A DNA stretch of 63,980 nucleotides, filler included, from Trypethelium eluteriae (GCA_051942245.1; 4 parts of 4 records of this genome joined end to end with filler, not necessarily neighbours in it); one strand, 5' to 3'; numbered from the whole stretch's first letter, positions 48,992 to 62,762 are shown. A program made the numbers and translations. Notes: generated by a model from the letters alone, not told the origin.

Positions 48992-49600
48992 AGATCACTT
49001 GCAGTGCCAACGAGAGTACACCAAAGCGGACAGAACCTAGCAAAACCAAGCTCCGCCCCTGTCCTTTCACAACGCCAAGATTGCCCACTTTTCCGGTCCC
49101 TTCCACGACTTATTTCCTGATCTAGAAGGAAGCGGCGCCGATAGCAAAAGTTTCAAAATTTTCAATTAACTCGTTGGACAAGATGATACACGGTACAATG
49201 CGGATAATTCCAGGTTTCTATGTATCTCACTAAAATATACATCCCTGACCATCCTTGGCCCAAGCCTGGTTATGACGAAGGGTAGTCTCCAAGAATCTTG
49301 AGCACTGCATATACGGAGTAGTGGTCTGGATCTGGGTAGGTAGTTTCTCACCGAGATCGGAGGAAAGCCCCACCTTCCATGAAAGTCAGGATGAAACGGG
49401 CAGCTCAAGAAGAAAGTGGGGCAGCTCCGTAATTTCTATCTTACCAAGGCAGGTCTTTCATGTCAAACGCCACATCTAAGGGGGCTGCTACTACTCCAGA
49501 CAGCTCGTTCCCCATACAATGTAAAAAACCCTTCCATCTCTCCCCAATACCCAGAACACGTCCACCAAATACCAACCCTCCATGGCGAGCACCACCGCCC

Positions 49601-49700
49601 NNNNNNNNNNNNNNNNNNNNNNNNNNNNNNNNNNNNNNNNNNNNTTAATTAATTAANNNNNNNNNNNNNNNNNNNNNNNNNNNNNNNNNNNNNNNNNNNN
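49601..49700. other. Artificial contig spacer N44-TTAATTAATTAA-N44
   Basis: Same 100-bp structure as the other spacers. Confidence 0.98.
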
Positions 49701-51162
49701 GGGCTCGTTGATGGGGCTGGTGGGGCTGGTGCAGGAGGAGGAGGGCGTAGAGGTAGAGGTCTTTTTCTTGGCCGGCGCATTCGAGGAGGGCTTCCCGGAG
49801 GCCGGAGGCCATTTGGGAGATTGGGTTGACGTCGATGAATTTGGGTTTGGCGGAGCGGAAGTTCAGCTTTTGGAGGAGGTACTCCATGGATTCTTTGCCG
49901 TTCATTAGATCGCCGGAGGGCTTGCTCTTGCCCGTAAGCTTCTGTTGCAAGCCTTTTTGGAATGTAGCAGAGAAGACGAGGGTCTGACGAGGCTGTAATT
50001 GGGTCTTTGCTGGGGTGTTGGAGGGAGAATTGTCGTCTTTGCGGTCTAAAGCGTTCAGGATTTCTTCGACTTCCTTGAAGTGACCTTGACTAAGCAGGCG
50101 ATCAGCCTCATCTACCACCAGAAATGCGATCTTTTTGAATTTGTCAATGAGTCCATGGCTATCGCTCATGACCTCCCAGAGCCGCCCTGGAGTGCCAATG
50201 ACAATGTCAGCCTTTTCCAGTAACCGTTGCTGTTTCTGTACGGAAAGTCCACCAGTCACTGTAGCAATATTTGGATCAACTGAATATCCATTAGAGCCCA
50301 GCGCTGTTATATGACTGGTAAGTTGGTGAGCCAGTTCTCGAGTTGGTGCAAGTATAAGAGCGATAGGTGCTTGCCGATTCGTTTCCCGTGAGTCCAGGAA
50401 TCTCTCCATAATAGGAATCGCAAACGCCAGGGTCTTACCAGAACCTGTGGAAGCCTTTCCGATAAGATCGTGACCTGCACAAATCTCGGGAATGGAAGCA
50501 GACTGAATTGGCGTTGGTTTTGAAAACTTCAGTTGAGAGAGAGAGGAAAGCGTCTCAGCGCTGAGATGGAGGTGATGCCACGCAGAGGTATTTACGCCAT
50601 CGTCTTTGACTTTCTCCAAATTCTGGAATGGTAGTGAAGTGAGCTTCTGCTGTGACTGTCGACTACTACCTTCGTTACTGCTCGTCTGGCTAGATGTACG
50701 CGTTCTCGTTGGATTTGCTTCAGTTGTTTGCGTAGATGCTGTGGGCTCATCTCCATCAGAAAATCCAGACCAATCTTCAACGTGATCATCGTCTCCGTTA
50801 GACGTCTGGTCTTCTGTCCTCCGGAAAGGCACATTCTCATCCTCTTTCAGGGGTTTGGCGACCCCATCTTCTCTTGGTAGGGTTCTGTACGAAGTCGTCC
50901 CGTCATTAGCATCTCGAACGATCTCGACATCATCAATCTCTTCGAGTCCAAAGAAACCCTCATAATCATCCATGCGGTCTGGCATTTGCACCGGCTTCCA
51001 TTGTAGAGTATCTAGTTTGACAGTCCGCCCTGCATCATCTTCCTGACGTTTTTGAGTTGGGGGTCTCGGCGTTGAACCATTTTCTTCAAGCCTCTGACGC
51101 TTTCGAGCCTTCATCGCTGCCACTTTCGGTGGTAACTTCCTCTTCCCTCTGTCTGGAGCCAT
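49701..51162 (-). CDS. MAK5: DEAD-box RNA helicase Mak5, 3' truncated by the spacer
   Basis: EGFFGLEEIDDV, PTPIQ, ASTGSGKT, PTRELAHQ, GTPGRLW, DEADRLL, QTLVFSATF, EKDLYLY. Confidence 0.93.
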
Positions 51163-52234
51163 TGGGTCGAGCTGAGTCTGTTGTTCTATTAAATCAAAAA
51201 TATCAGCTTTGGCTGTGGAGGTTGGAGCAGACTGCGCAAAATTTCTCAGGAATCGAAGGGCAAGGTTTGCGCTTAGCCAAGGTGCTGGTGAGCGCCACCT
51301 GCCCCAAAACCTCCTGCAACGTCAAAATTCGCCTCCCTCACCAAACTTACTACCTTAGTAAGTCTACAACTTCAATGTTTCTCGTGTTTTTCACGCTATC
51401 TACTGCCTTATTTGGGAATTATAAAGCAATCCAACTTGCTGCTGTCTTACTTTACTATTTACACCCAGTTATTTAGTTTTTATAGCGTTGTAGGTATTAT
51501 TATGTCTAATTACACACACGGAAAAACCTCAGTTACATTAGAGATCCTTGGTTTGACCTAATCTAATCTTTACCTTTTTGTAAAGGTCTAATGTCTATGT
51601 AGACTACAATTGGATAAAAAGGATATTGTACCTCGGTTGCGCTAGCAGAGAGGGTACGCCGGTCCGTAATAGGCACACTCTTACGTCTAAAGCTTGGTTT
51701 GAACATTTCGATGAAAGTCTGTACAACTAAGGGCATCGCCAATATAGCGATCTCGCAACGTAAGACAAGCGACTTCGTAACTTCTGGCAGTAGTCTTAAT
51801 ATTATGGCACTCCTGAGGTCTCAAATCAGCAAGAGCTGCATCAATCGGATCTATATCGATAAAGTTATTGAATTTTGAAGGTTTGTGCGCTGTTCAGAAA
51901 TCTGCGATCGGAGTGGTGGTCCGAGCGGCGTGGGGGAAAATACTCCTATCCCGGCGGTCTTGTACCCTTGACGTCATCATTAGAGTGGCGTCTCAATTGA
52001 GATAGACTTCCTCTGAAATGCAGTCCTCTTATCGCTAGATGATCTACTGACCGGAGATCGCACTCGTACAGCAAGTCAAAAAGAGGTCATGCTGCAGCAA
52101 TAAAGAAATCACCACGTACGGTACTCGCAGAGCTGAACGTATTGGGACCTTAACGTCCACCCGCCTACCCCAACCCTGAGATTAATCTTTGTTGATTCAG
52201 CTGTTGGTAATTTTTGAAGCCGTCAGACTGGAAA

Positions 52235-52986
52235 ATGGCTCTCTTCGACGTGGGTTCAGAAAATATCTCATCGCCGTTATGTCTTGTCAATTCAGTGGCG
52301 GGAGCCATCATTCCAAGGTTAACCTCATATAGCTCTTCCATGCATACGTTTTTGGTAGTGCTCTCTGGTACACTACACGAGCTTTATGTCGTATCTATGA
52401 CCCGGAAATGGTCATATCCTGTAAGCCCTAGATTTCTTCATGTATACTACTATGAAGGGAGTGAATCGAAGGTGCCCCTATGACAACGCTGCTCTATGCT
52501 AGCTGTTCCAGCCCTCAACTGTGCATCACTGTTCTCTGAGCTACACGGTTACTAGCTAGACAAGCTAGTATATGCTCACTGTCTTCAGGGTTTCGCCCAC
52601 CAGCACAACGAAACCTGGCCCCCAATGATCTCGAGATCTATAACGTCCGCACCGATGCCTGGGGCCTGTTGACCATCGCCCTCATGCTCGTTGTCATTTC
52701 GGACGCTGTCCCTCTACCATTCTTCAGCAACTCCACAACCAAGGCGCAGCAGAGGAGTGGAGTGCAGCCATACGCGAAGGCGGCCATTCTCACCGATATG
52801 TTCCACCATGTGATGACGGGCTTGGGAGCATGGAGTCATTACGTGAGGGAGAGCCATTACAACACTTCCATGGCAGTTGGAGTATGGGGTTGCGGAGGAC
52901 TGGCGTTGCTTGGATTGATGACGCTTCTTGCTCCACCCGAAGTTAGCGGATTGGGTACTGAGAGGCGGCGTGGTAAGGTTTCTTAA
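52235..52986 (+). CDS. Small multi-pass membrane hypothetical protein (3 exons)
   Basis: Spliced reading MALFD|LFHAYVFGSALWY...|FRPPAQ...DAWGLLTIALMLVV...GVWGCGGLALLGL with canonical GT-AG introns. Confidence 0.7.
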
Positions 52987-54199
52987 AGATAAAGTTTATG
53001 ATTGCCTTGCCCAAAGACTTGGCATGATGTACGAAGACGTCAATGGTCAAATTACCCACATATATGCCGTGCGCAGCGACATCGTCGTCGATGGTAGCTA
53101 TGTTCTAACAAGCGAGCGACAGAAATAGCCTCGCCGAGTAAGAGCAGATAATCGTTTTCCCAACATGCACTGTAGAGTGCTGGCAAATCTCGTTTGTGAG
53201 AAAATCTAAAGCTTAGTTCGGCCTTCAGCTAAGCTGGAGATCCAGTTGTAAGATTCGCTGAAGTATATAAAGACCGCGCTTGAATATACCTGTAGCTAGG
53301 GAAAAACTACCTCTAGATTCGTTAAGCAACAGTAGGTTGCCAAGAGGTTTTCAAGATGAAGTGAGGATAGCCAAGCGGGAGTGTCTGAATAATCGTCAAT
53401 TATAGAAGCACCCACTGCTATCACTCCACTCATATCCTTGTCTCCTTTCGTATGTACCTTTATCTGGAGGTCATCATCGTACTCGTTCATCTTATTGAAG
53501 AGCAAGAGCAAAGTCGTGAACGTTCCATGCCCGTTCGAACATGCCTGGCGAAGGCGCGAGTATTCCATCTCTGTCATTGCCAGACGGGTTTACCGGGGTT
53601 GAGAGTTGGACGGGCCAGGCACATCGTCGCTTAGAGGACTTCAGGGAGTAGGCGCCGGTAGGGAAAGGTGAGTGTGGAGCTAGAAAGCTCGCGTGCGTCT
53701 AGGACAGATCGCCGAGATGTGTGTGAGCTTGGTCCTTCATGAAGATAAACTGCAAGCAGACGTATAACTACTCTACTTGGAGATGCCTATTTCGAAGTAC
53801 AAGGTCCGGGCTACCTTGCGATCTAGAAATAGGTTGGTGACTCCATCATGAGACTGCCGTGAGTCTGTGTGCGGCGTTCATCGAATGCCTGCTGATCCAG
53901 TACTCTAGTCTTTGCTTTTTCCATAAGCCACCGCCTGATAGATCTGCCTAGACATCATCGCCTTAGACAATCTTCGATTTAATCGCGCAATGATTGCGGT
54001 CTCAATGCACTCATACAAGGTTATTGGTTCTTAATGGATGTAACGCTTGCTGGGCGGACCGAAGAGCGCGGGCGACCCTGCAAGGCAAGGTTCTCGCTTA
54101 GCGCCACCAGTCACAACGGTGCACAGGGCCAAATTTCTTCTCCACTACCTACGCCGTACTCCATGTACGGTCCCATTGCTGACGCCTACCAAGTCTACC

Positions 54200-55309
54200 A
54201 TGGGCAAATCTTCAAAGGACAAACGCGATGCATATTATAGACTTGCCAAGGAGCAAGGCTGGCGTGCACGTAGTGCCTTCAAACTAATCCAGATTGACGA
54301 ACAGTTCAACTTGTTCAAGGATGTCACACGAGTGGTCGACCTATGCGCAGCCCCGGGAAGTTGGAGCCAGGTCCTTTCACGAGTACTGATCAAAGGTGAA
54401 AAGTTTGGTCGTACTGCTTGGGAAGAGCAGCATCAAAAGGAAGAAGCCCAAATCAAGGCCCATCTTGACAACATAGCCCCACCGCCAGCATCTGAAACGA
54501 AACCTGAACCGCCCAAAAAAGATGTAAAGATAGTTGCAATTGACTTGCAACCTATGAGTCCACTCGAAGGCATTACGACTTTGAAAGCCGACATAACGCA
54601 TCCTTCTACTGTCCCGCTGTTGTTGAGGGCCCTAGATCCAGACGCTTATGATCCCTCTTCTACATCCGCCTCACATCCTGTAGACCTTGTGCTTTCAGAT
54701 GGAGCACCTGACGTTACAGGGCTTCATGACTTGGATATCTATATTCAGTCACAGCTGCTTTGGGCTGCTCTAAACCTGGCGCTATGTGTTCTAAAACCTG
54801 GCGGAAGATTCGTTGCTAAAATCTTTAGGGGCAAAGATGTTGACCTACTTTATGCGCAGTTAAAACTCGTCTTTAAGGATGTCCGTGTGGCAAAGCCACG
54901 TAGCAGCAGGGCAAGCAGTGTGGAAGCATTTGTGGTGTGCACGCATTTTAGTCCTCCCAAAGGATTCCAGGCCAGTCTCGATACTCCATTAGGCGCAGGC
55001 AGGAAGCTGCCTATCGATCCCGAGTTAGCACCTCAGAAGGCAAAGTCTGGGAGAACCGTACGTGAAGATGGTATCACAGAGCTGGAATTAAGCGAGGATG
55101 AGGAGGAACTCGACGAGGCGCGGTGGACAGCACCTTTCCTTGCTTGTGGTGATCTATCCGGCTTCGACGCAGACGCTTCATACCATCTTCCGAAAGATAG
55201 AAAAACTCTTGATCCGATCCAGCCTCCCACAGCACCGCCTTACAAGCGAGCATTGGAAATGCGTAGAGCGGCTGGCGGCGCTCATGGGAAAACGAAAGGT
55301 CAAGGATGA
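54200..55309 (+). CDS. TRM7: tRNA (C32/N34) 2'-O-methyltransferase Trm7 (FtsJ family)
   Basis: MGKSSKDKRDAYYRLAKEQGWRARSAFKL, DLCAAPGSWSQV, SDGAPDVTGLHD, AKPRSSRASSVEAF, PPTAPPY. Confidence 0.96.
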   Translation: MGKSSKDKRDAYYRLAKEQGWRARSAFKLIQIDEQFNLFKDVTRVVDLCAAPGSWSQVLSRVLIKGEKFGRTAWEEQHQKEEAQIKAHLDNIAPPPASETKPEPPKKDVKIVAIDLQPMSPLEGITTLKADITHPSTVPLLLRALDPDAYDPSSTSASHPVDLVLSDGAPDVTGLHDLDIYIQSQLLWAALNLALCVLKPGGRFVAKIFRGKDVDLLYAQLKLVFKDVRVAKPRSSRASSVEAFVVCTHFSPPKGFQASLDTPLGAGRKLPIDPELAPQKAKSGRTVREDGITELELSEDEEELDEARWTAPFLACGDLSGFDADASYHLPKDRKTLDPIQPPTAPPYKRALEMRRAAGGAHGKTKGQG

Positions 55310-55566
55310 TGTGGCGATATCTACCCGGGTTGGTCTTTTTCCTAGAGCCATGCTACAATATCAACGGAAGACTCTAGTCGCGCATCCACTAAGCCCTGGA
55401 ATCATGGTAGCACCGGAGTGGATTTTGATTGGTCTTGAAAATTGGATTTCCGACAAGATTTTCACAGCTCTGTACAAAGCTTCTAACTGAGCTACTTACA
55501 GACAGGACGCCTGAGATGCAATATACAGAACGGCTATGAGGAGAAAAGCTTGGACATCCTTCAAGA

Positions 55567-57104
55567 TCAATACGTCATTGCCTCTTCAAACAAGTCTCTC
55601 AGCTGTTCCCTTTCTGCGTCTACATTCTGCATCTCAAGATTTGGAGCCAACATGAGTACTCTCGCTTGAGGGATTGTCCCCTCGACTAAATCGTTCACAT
55701 GCTCTTTGCCAAAACCCAAGTCCTTCAGGCCTCTTGGCTGATCGCCTAAGTCTACTAAGAATTTGGCTAATGCCTCGCCGAGAACTTCTCCCGCGCTCTC
55801 TTTCTTCACCTGACTCACGTCCACACCGAACGCTTCCGCTGCAGCAAGATGCCTCTCTGGATTACTCGCGCCCGTAAATTTAAAGACAGCCGGTGAGGTG
55901 ACTGCGACACTGACGCCATGTGGGATGATGGGCGCAGTAACCTGGTAGCCATGATGCTGATAGCCTGGGTTCTGGCCGGAAATCGGATAGCTCATGCCGT
56001 GGCACAAATGTACGCCCGCATTTCCAAAGCCCACGCCAGCCAATGTTGCAGCAAGTAGCATCTTGCTCTGTGCCTCAAAGTCATCGGGGTCCTTCGCAGC
56101 GCGAGGGAGATATTTCACTGTGTCGCGGAGGGCTTGAAGCGAGAAGATGTCGGAAATTGGATTCGCTCCTTGGTACGCTGGGCGATTGATTGGGTTGGAC
56201 GGCCGAGGTACGCGCTCGTAATACGGGATCGCTGTCCAGGACTCCAAGCTGTGGCATAAGACGTCAAGCCCTGATGAGGCATGAACCGCGGATGGCATGG
56301 TACGGGTATTCAGAGGGTCGCAAATGCCAAGAGTGGGCTTGAGATTGCGATGTGCAATGCCTGTCTTTGCCCGTTTGGAGACGAGATCGAAAATCGCAGT
56401 TCCTGTGGTTTCAGATCCGGTGCCAGCAGTCGTCGGGACTGCAATGAGAGGCTTGAGTTTGTTCTGAATCGGTTTACCAAGCCCGAGAGGAGCATTGACA
56501 AAGTCGAGGAACTCAGCATTGGGATTGGAGGTGTAAAGGTTCATGAGCTTAGCCGTGTCAATTACGCTACCGCCGCCGACAGCGAGGAAGGCATCTGGCT
56601 GGTACGGCTTTGCAAAGTCTATGGCCTCCTTTATCCTGTACTGAAGCTAAGCAGGCGTGTCCTTCTGTGCAGTGCATCGTGAGGGTCTTACGAGCTATCC
56701 TTGGGTTCCACCCGGGAATTACTATATACCTCGAATGGTATTCCCTCCCGCCCGAGCCCTTCTGAGACCTGTTTCATGGCGTCTAATTTTGCAACGTTCT
56801 GGTCCGTCACTACCATGACCTTCTTTGCCCCCATGTTCTTGAAATCCATGCCGACCTCCTTTGTGCATCCAGGTCCGAAGCGTATGCTTGATGCCGCCAT
56901 TTCGAAGGCGTACTCCTTTTGCGGCGCATGATCAACAGGTGTTGCTAGAGAACGGCGGGCTTGATTGATTGCGAATGGATTCTGGTGATGGTGTCCAGGA
57001 TTGGAATGACATGGGCAGGACGGCGGGTGTGTATATTGGACGGTACGAAGCAGATTTAATGCTCTGGTAGCTTTAGTTGGAGCTACTCGAATTGCTGAGA
57101 CCAT
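55567..57104 (-). CDS. ADHFE1: Mitochondrial hydroxyacid-oxoacid transhydrogenase (Fe-ADH family, ADHFE1-like)
   Basis: Presequence, EYAFEMAASSIRFG, AVGGGSVIDTAK (after intron about 56636-56692), PTTAGTGSETT, GNAGVHLCHGMSYPI, PHGVSV. Confidence 0.93.
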
Positions 57105-57736
57105 TTTGACTGCCAGCCTGACGTCTGGTCACGTTCGAAAGGTGTAACGGACCGGGTCTGGGTGTGAAAAGGAGAAGATACGTCAATTGAAAGTTCGGCA
57201 TCCTGCTTAGCTGTTGTTAATCTTTGAAGACCGCGGCCATTGACACCATGGATTGCGGGGTATGGAGTACTCTGCTAGGCTGGCGCGTCTGGGCGGAACC
57301 ATCCCGGCGCAGCCTTGCTCGAAAGTTTTGTCACCAACATCATGCCAAGACGGAGATCACGTGCTTACGCGCTATCTTCGCTTGGCAGCTGCAGCTCAAT
57401 TGCTTGAATGAAACAGTAAATGCCTATACTTGGCCTGCAGGACGCCGCTCTTCACCATTCTCGCCAATGACGGAAGTTAGATAGCCTCATGCATATTCAG
57501 GTCCCGGATTCGAGAGCGCCTCTCGCTACACTCAACCCCAAACAGGAAGCTGGGTGAAGGCTTGTCCACAGCCTCGTTGGTTGTACGTAGCACTTCTCCA
57601 TGTAACGCGAGATTTAAAATGGATTGCCCTTCTGTTTCAGATCATTGTGTCCCTCTTAAACTCGTGGTGATCAGCCTCACGCACTTCACACACTCTCTTG
57701 GGCCTGAACTTTACCCATCTTCCCAGATTCATTACG

Positions 57737-60003
57737 ATGGGCATCTCACACTCAGCCAATTTTACCCAATGCGGGATTGAGTACATGAACAATCCCGATC
57801 TCATTGCCAAATATGGTTATGATGGCCCAACACCCGGCATCCCACACAACAGATCAACTCAGATCACGTACCATGGCTGTCAAGAAGTGTGCGGACAAGG
57901 AATCGAATTCTATCCATGGCAAATTACTTCGGCTACTATTACTACCTGGATTCTCCCTACAATCGGTGTATTGCTGCAGGCTCCATTTGAGAGTAATGCA
58001 TTCCGAAGGACCTTCCTCGCAATTACGAGATGGATTGGATCGCCCATAGCGAGCTTGTCATATACATTATGGAATATCAGGGTCTCAGGAAAGTGTGCAA
58101 CGATAGGTATGTCTATCCAAGTCTTGCTAAATACGTTTTTGAGATAGTGTGTAACTGGAGTCTAGTGGATATGGCCATTAAATACGAAGACCGCATACCT
58201 GACCCAGACAGCGACTTTGCCAGCATACGGGATTCTTACTACCTCTTAGCAACTATGAACCAGTTTACAATGAGGGAAGATGCTTCACGTAGAAAAGAAG
58301 CTGAGGGTCTCCTGCGGATTGTGTTATTCAGCAAAGATCTGCGACTATCGAAGCCCGATGAGAATCTGAAAGAAATTCGTCGACGATATGCCGAAGAGCT
58401 TCGTGCAGGACGTCGACGTAGTGTCGTGCCTGTCTTCATCTCCACCCTTTGGTTTCTTTTTTCTCTGGTCATTTCAATCCAAACTGCCTTCGGATCTATT
58501 GGTGAGAACAGCACTGCACATGATCTCGCCCTTGGCCTTCTGTTGGCGTGGCTCCCCGTTATGATTCTTTGCAGCATCATTGATCGGAACCCAGTGGCGC
58601 CTCGAAATATGAGAAAGAAACTTAACAAATTAATCGATAAGGTCCGGGAAGCCCTTATGGATGATGATCTGAGAGCGCAGTATCTCAAGACCTTTCGAGC
58701 CTGTGGATTGCAAAAACAAGAGGAACTCAGCTCTTGGGTCATCAAAATAAGCGCGCAAGCGAAGCATATGGATAACTTTTTCACTGATTTTGCTGGCCAG
58801 GGCCGTGTGAGATGGCATTATGGTGCAGCGTAGGTCATGCTGCTCGAACACGCGAACCTTGCCTTTTATCATGCTGACTTCAGTGGAAAAAGCCATCCAA
58901 TCCTTTCCGACATCGAACAGTGCTATATTGCTGAGCGAGGCCGAGACTGGCTACACGATGAAGACGAAGCCAGGTGCGAGCTGGTGCTTGGTGAGACCAA
59001 GCGAGGTCTCATTTGGTTCGACCTCCGCGAGTTCTGGCAAATCTTGACTTCTTTCCTGATCGTGTTTGGTACAATCCTGGGGGCCTGGTTCTTATCTTTT
59101 TTCACGCCTACGGTTGGGCTTGGGTGTCGCAGTGGGGGTTACACATTCTTCACTGTGATTGCAACCACCCTCATGCTTTGTGAAATGCTGGTTTGGTGGC
59201 GGACTTCAGAAACTTCTCTTACAGATACAGTGCAGTCCAAGCCCATGAATCCGCGAGCGCCTGTCCCGACCCCTGTGAGGGAGCCTACTCTCGGAGCATC
59301 GACAAAGTCCCAGCTTGCAAAGACCCCTGCAGCCAGCGCAATATGGCGCAAATGGTGCAATTATCTGTTTGCGACCGCAGAATCAGGAGCCAAAGAAATA
59401 TCCACGAAATGGCATGCATCATCGGCGCGAGAGCGATGGAACTGTTGCTTCTTCCGTCCGTTTGAGATAGTGAATACTCTATGGTTGCTTTGCATTATCT
59501 TTGGTCAGACACTGGGAGCCTTCCAGAATTGCGATTGCATGACCAGTAGCTGGGGTACAAAACATGGCTATATGGATTTCACTCAGTGGAACACAACGAA
59601 TTCTCCATGGACAAGATGGTATTGGGCTTCCGGCACTGGGATTGCCACTGCCACCATGGGTCTGGCGATGGTCTACCTCGTCATAGAATGGTGTACACAG
59701 AGCCATCTAAACACCGAGAACTATACTCACGCCGTGCGAGGTCTAAGACGAACAAGGCGATTCAAGAGGATGACCCAGCCATTCTCCAAGGCCTTTTGGT
59801 CAATTGCCAACCCGTTCAAGCTGATTGGACGCTATCGTCACGGACCAGCTGCGTCTAACGTTGCCGGCCAGAGGAGTCTCAAGTGGACAAAAGAGGTTAC
59901 CTATCAGCCCAGATTATCGAGCATCGATCAAGAGATGACAGACAACACATCACTTCCGTCCAGGACCCCGACCGAGGACAGTAGCAGTCAACTCCTTCCG
60001 TAA
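57737..60003 (+). CDS. Multi-pass membrane protein of unknown function (3 exons)
   Basis: Three long ORF segments joined by GT-AG introns (about 58107-58165, 58830-58892); many hydrophobic spans; motifs LLQAPFESN, GQGRVRWHYGAAHPIL, TPTVGLGCRSGGY. Confidence 0.8.
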
Positions 60004-60863
60004 TGATGCTAGTCAAGCATATGAGACGCCGCCAGCTCTTCGCTTTCCATCTCAATCCTCAAAGCCTCCAACAAGGCCAATGCAATGGCGAAGAGCACCA
60101 CACATGACCAAAATATATACCACCTTCCGGGCATGCATGGCGAAAATCACAGCAGCAATGGCATTCAGAATACCAAGTCCCAGGGAATGATTCGGACCCA
60201 TTCGCTCGTTTATGAAGATCACATCCATTGACCTAGACATCATGGACAGCGGGAATGGAGGCAGAAAGGCCGAGGTCATACAAAGAGGAACCGACCGCCC
60301 TTTCGGGTTCCGACACATTGACAATTTTGTAGTAAATGCACGACCTGATGCCGGTGGAGTCGCCTAGGAGAAACTTGGCCCATTCGATGTATCATATCTT
60401 TCACTTTGAGTGTAGCTAGAGCCAACTGAACAGTGATGAAATATTTGCTGATTCCAATTGCAGTAGAAACCAAAATGGCTACTTTGGATTGCGGAATTCA
60501 CATTACCAGCCCCCAAGAGTCTATGCAGAGTCCAATAGATCTGTTCAGTGTTATTGACATGGCACCTTGAGCTCTTGCTTCATTATGTATGATGACAATG
60601 TCCTATCCTGGAGTAGGGATTACTCGCCTCTTAGACACTACTGTACAAAGGTCTGTCGTGCCGCTCTGGTGCATATGTGCAATGCACAAGAGCTGGTCCA
60701 CAACATAGGTAATTAATTACATCAGGGATATAATTAGTCGAGGAACAGATGTTGAACCAAGAGAACGTTGACAGTACCAGATGGAAGTGTTCAATCATGA
60801 AAATTTGCGCACCAATTCTCCTCAATTCTCCACTTCAGGTAGGTATGGCTCATGTTCCGGTTG

Positions 60864-61349
60864 TCAAAACACTAGTCTTGCTGTCCGCAATGTCAATCCT
60901 AGCAACACGAAGCTTGAAGTGACAAACACTCCAAAGCGAACAGGGATGGGATTTGCAATGGCCTGTACTAGGCTGTGAACGACTCTCACTCCCACGTAAG
61001 TCCAGGCCAGATTCACGTCCAGACCAGTGGCACCACTGACACTGTCATTTAGACCAAGCTTGCTGGTCGCGCCGTCGCTTTGGCTTAAGAAAACCATCAT
61101 CAAGACGATAACGTAGAAAATCGGGGGCTGTTCGTGGAGGTGATTGTAATTGTCAGCTTTCCATCGAATTGAAGCCGGAATTTGTCGGTTGAAGTCTGTA
61201 CTGAGGTGCTGGCTGGTGTACTTGACATTGTATTTGGATATGGCGGGGAGTCGTGTGGCATACATCCAAGCTTCCATGAAGAAAGTCCAGGAGATGAGGG
61301 TGATGGCAGGGGCGAGGAGAGCCTTTTGCTGATCGTTGATGGCAGACAT
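60864..61349 (-). CDS. MAPEG-family membrane protein
   Basis: WMYATRLP, WKADNYNHLHEQPPIFY, LAWTYVGVRVVHSLVQ; TATAAA upstream at about 61415. Confidence 0.85.
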   Translation of the reverse strand: MSAINDQQKALLAPAITLISWTFFMEAWMYATRLPAISKYNVKYTSQHLSTDFNRQIPASIRWKADNYNHLHEQPPIFYVIVLMMVFLSQSDGATSKLGLNDSVSGATGLDVNLAWTYVGVRVVHSLVQAIANPIPVRFGVFVTSSFVLLGLTLRTARLVF

Positions 61350-62039
61350 CGTGGATAAGGCAATGAACGTTTGGTAGTGAAGAGACCTCTGACCGCGAGG
61401 GATCTCACTTTTACTTTATAGCCATTGAAGCTGATACCCTATCTGCCAGGCAGCAAGATTTGTCTACATTTGGTTGGTTCGCTTTCCCGGAGTACCCACA
61501 TGGTAAAAGACAGCCTTGCAATTCAACTGATCACTAATCCAATTGGAACATTTTGAGGATGCGTGAAGATGTGGAGAAGTCAGGTATGGGGTAGTACTGA
61601 GCGGAGAAGGCTCGAACCGGTATCCGCAAAGCCGCCGTTGTGCAAGGCTTGGTGTCACTGTGCCTGTAGACACCGGGCCACATCTTATCTTTTTTCTGGT
61701 CACCCCCGATACCCGCGATCCAGTGCGCTGCACTGACTAAATCACCGTAATCGCCTGGGAGCTTATAACTGGCAATAATTTCCACTTCTCCGGATTACCA
61801 CCGCCTTTACACCGGTAACCGCAAACCAGCGGCATTGAAGCTCGAGAACTCCAGCAGCTCCTCCGCCTCCTTGGTGCCATTTTGAGTACCTTCAAGTGCT
61901 CACTCGCTGGATCCTGCCCCTCGTCTTCCAATTCTCCGGTTCAAAGCCTTGCCCTCCCCACGAATCCCGAACATAATCCAAGGCGGTACAACCACCCCAG
62001 GCGCAGCAAACAAGCCTCAAGCCGATCCCAAGCTTCAAG

Positions 62040-62762
62040 ATGTCTACCGACAAGGAATACACATATTCGGACGTGTCAGAACACACAACCAAGAAAGATC
62101 TCTTCGTCGTCATCCATGATAAGGTCTACAATGCCTCCACCTTCGTAGATGAGCATCCGTACGTTGCCAATTCATTGTCTCGTTGCTTTCTCTCCACATA
62201 AGGTGTTGCACGCCCTCCACTCTTAAAGCCACATTCAAGCACCACTTGAACACGCAAAACCCGAGATAAACCACTTAAATCCGGATCCATTGCTTTACGT
62301 CCCTCACCTCCACCATATCCCAAGCTAACATCCAGCCTCCCCCTCCCCACAGCGGTGGTGAAGAAGTGCTACTCGATGTCGGCGGCCAAGATGCCACCGA
62401 AGCCTTCGAGGATGTCGGCCACAGCGACGAGGCCCGCGAGATCCTCAATGGCCTGCTAGTCGGAGGCCTGAAGCGCCAGGTACGTGTACCTTACCCCGGT
62501 CCCAATATCCTTTTGGCCTTTTCTTCTCCCTTAAGCAAGCTTCCTTATCATCGCCCGACTATCTTCCGAACGTTACCAACCGAATTATCTCTAGCCCGGT
62601 GACCCCTCGCCTAAGACGCCCGCCCCAGGAGCCACGGCCACGGGCACGAAACCCAAAGCGGACGCGAGTGCGGGCGTCGGATTGTACGCGGTTATACTCG
62701 TGGGTGGGCTATTGGCGTTCGGTGCGTATCAATACATCCAGAGTCAGGGAACAAGTAAATAA
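62040..62762 (+). CDS. CYB5: Cytochrome b5, tail-anchored
   Basis: Exons about 62040-62158, 62353-62479, 62595-62762; [42 protein letters not shown]-terminal transmembrane segment. Confidence 0.95.

Noticed and set aside
51370..51620. AT/TpA-rich patch as a RIP-mutated transposon relic
   Set aside because: Short, with no terminal repeats or transposase remnants visible; needs a RIP index and a repeat search.
53296..53577. 93-aa minus-strand ORF
   Set aside because: No recognisable motif or convincing gene structure.
48764..55309. Functional linkage of the split tRNA with MAK5 and TRM7
   Set aside because: They are separated by an artificial spacer, so the adjacency carries no information.
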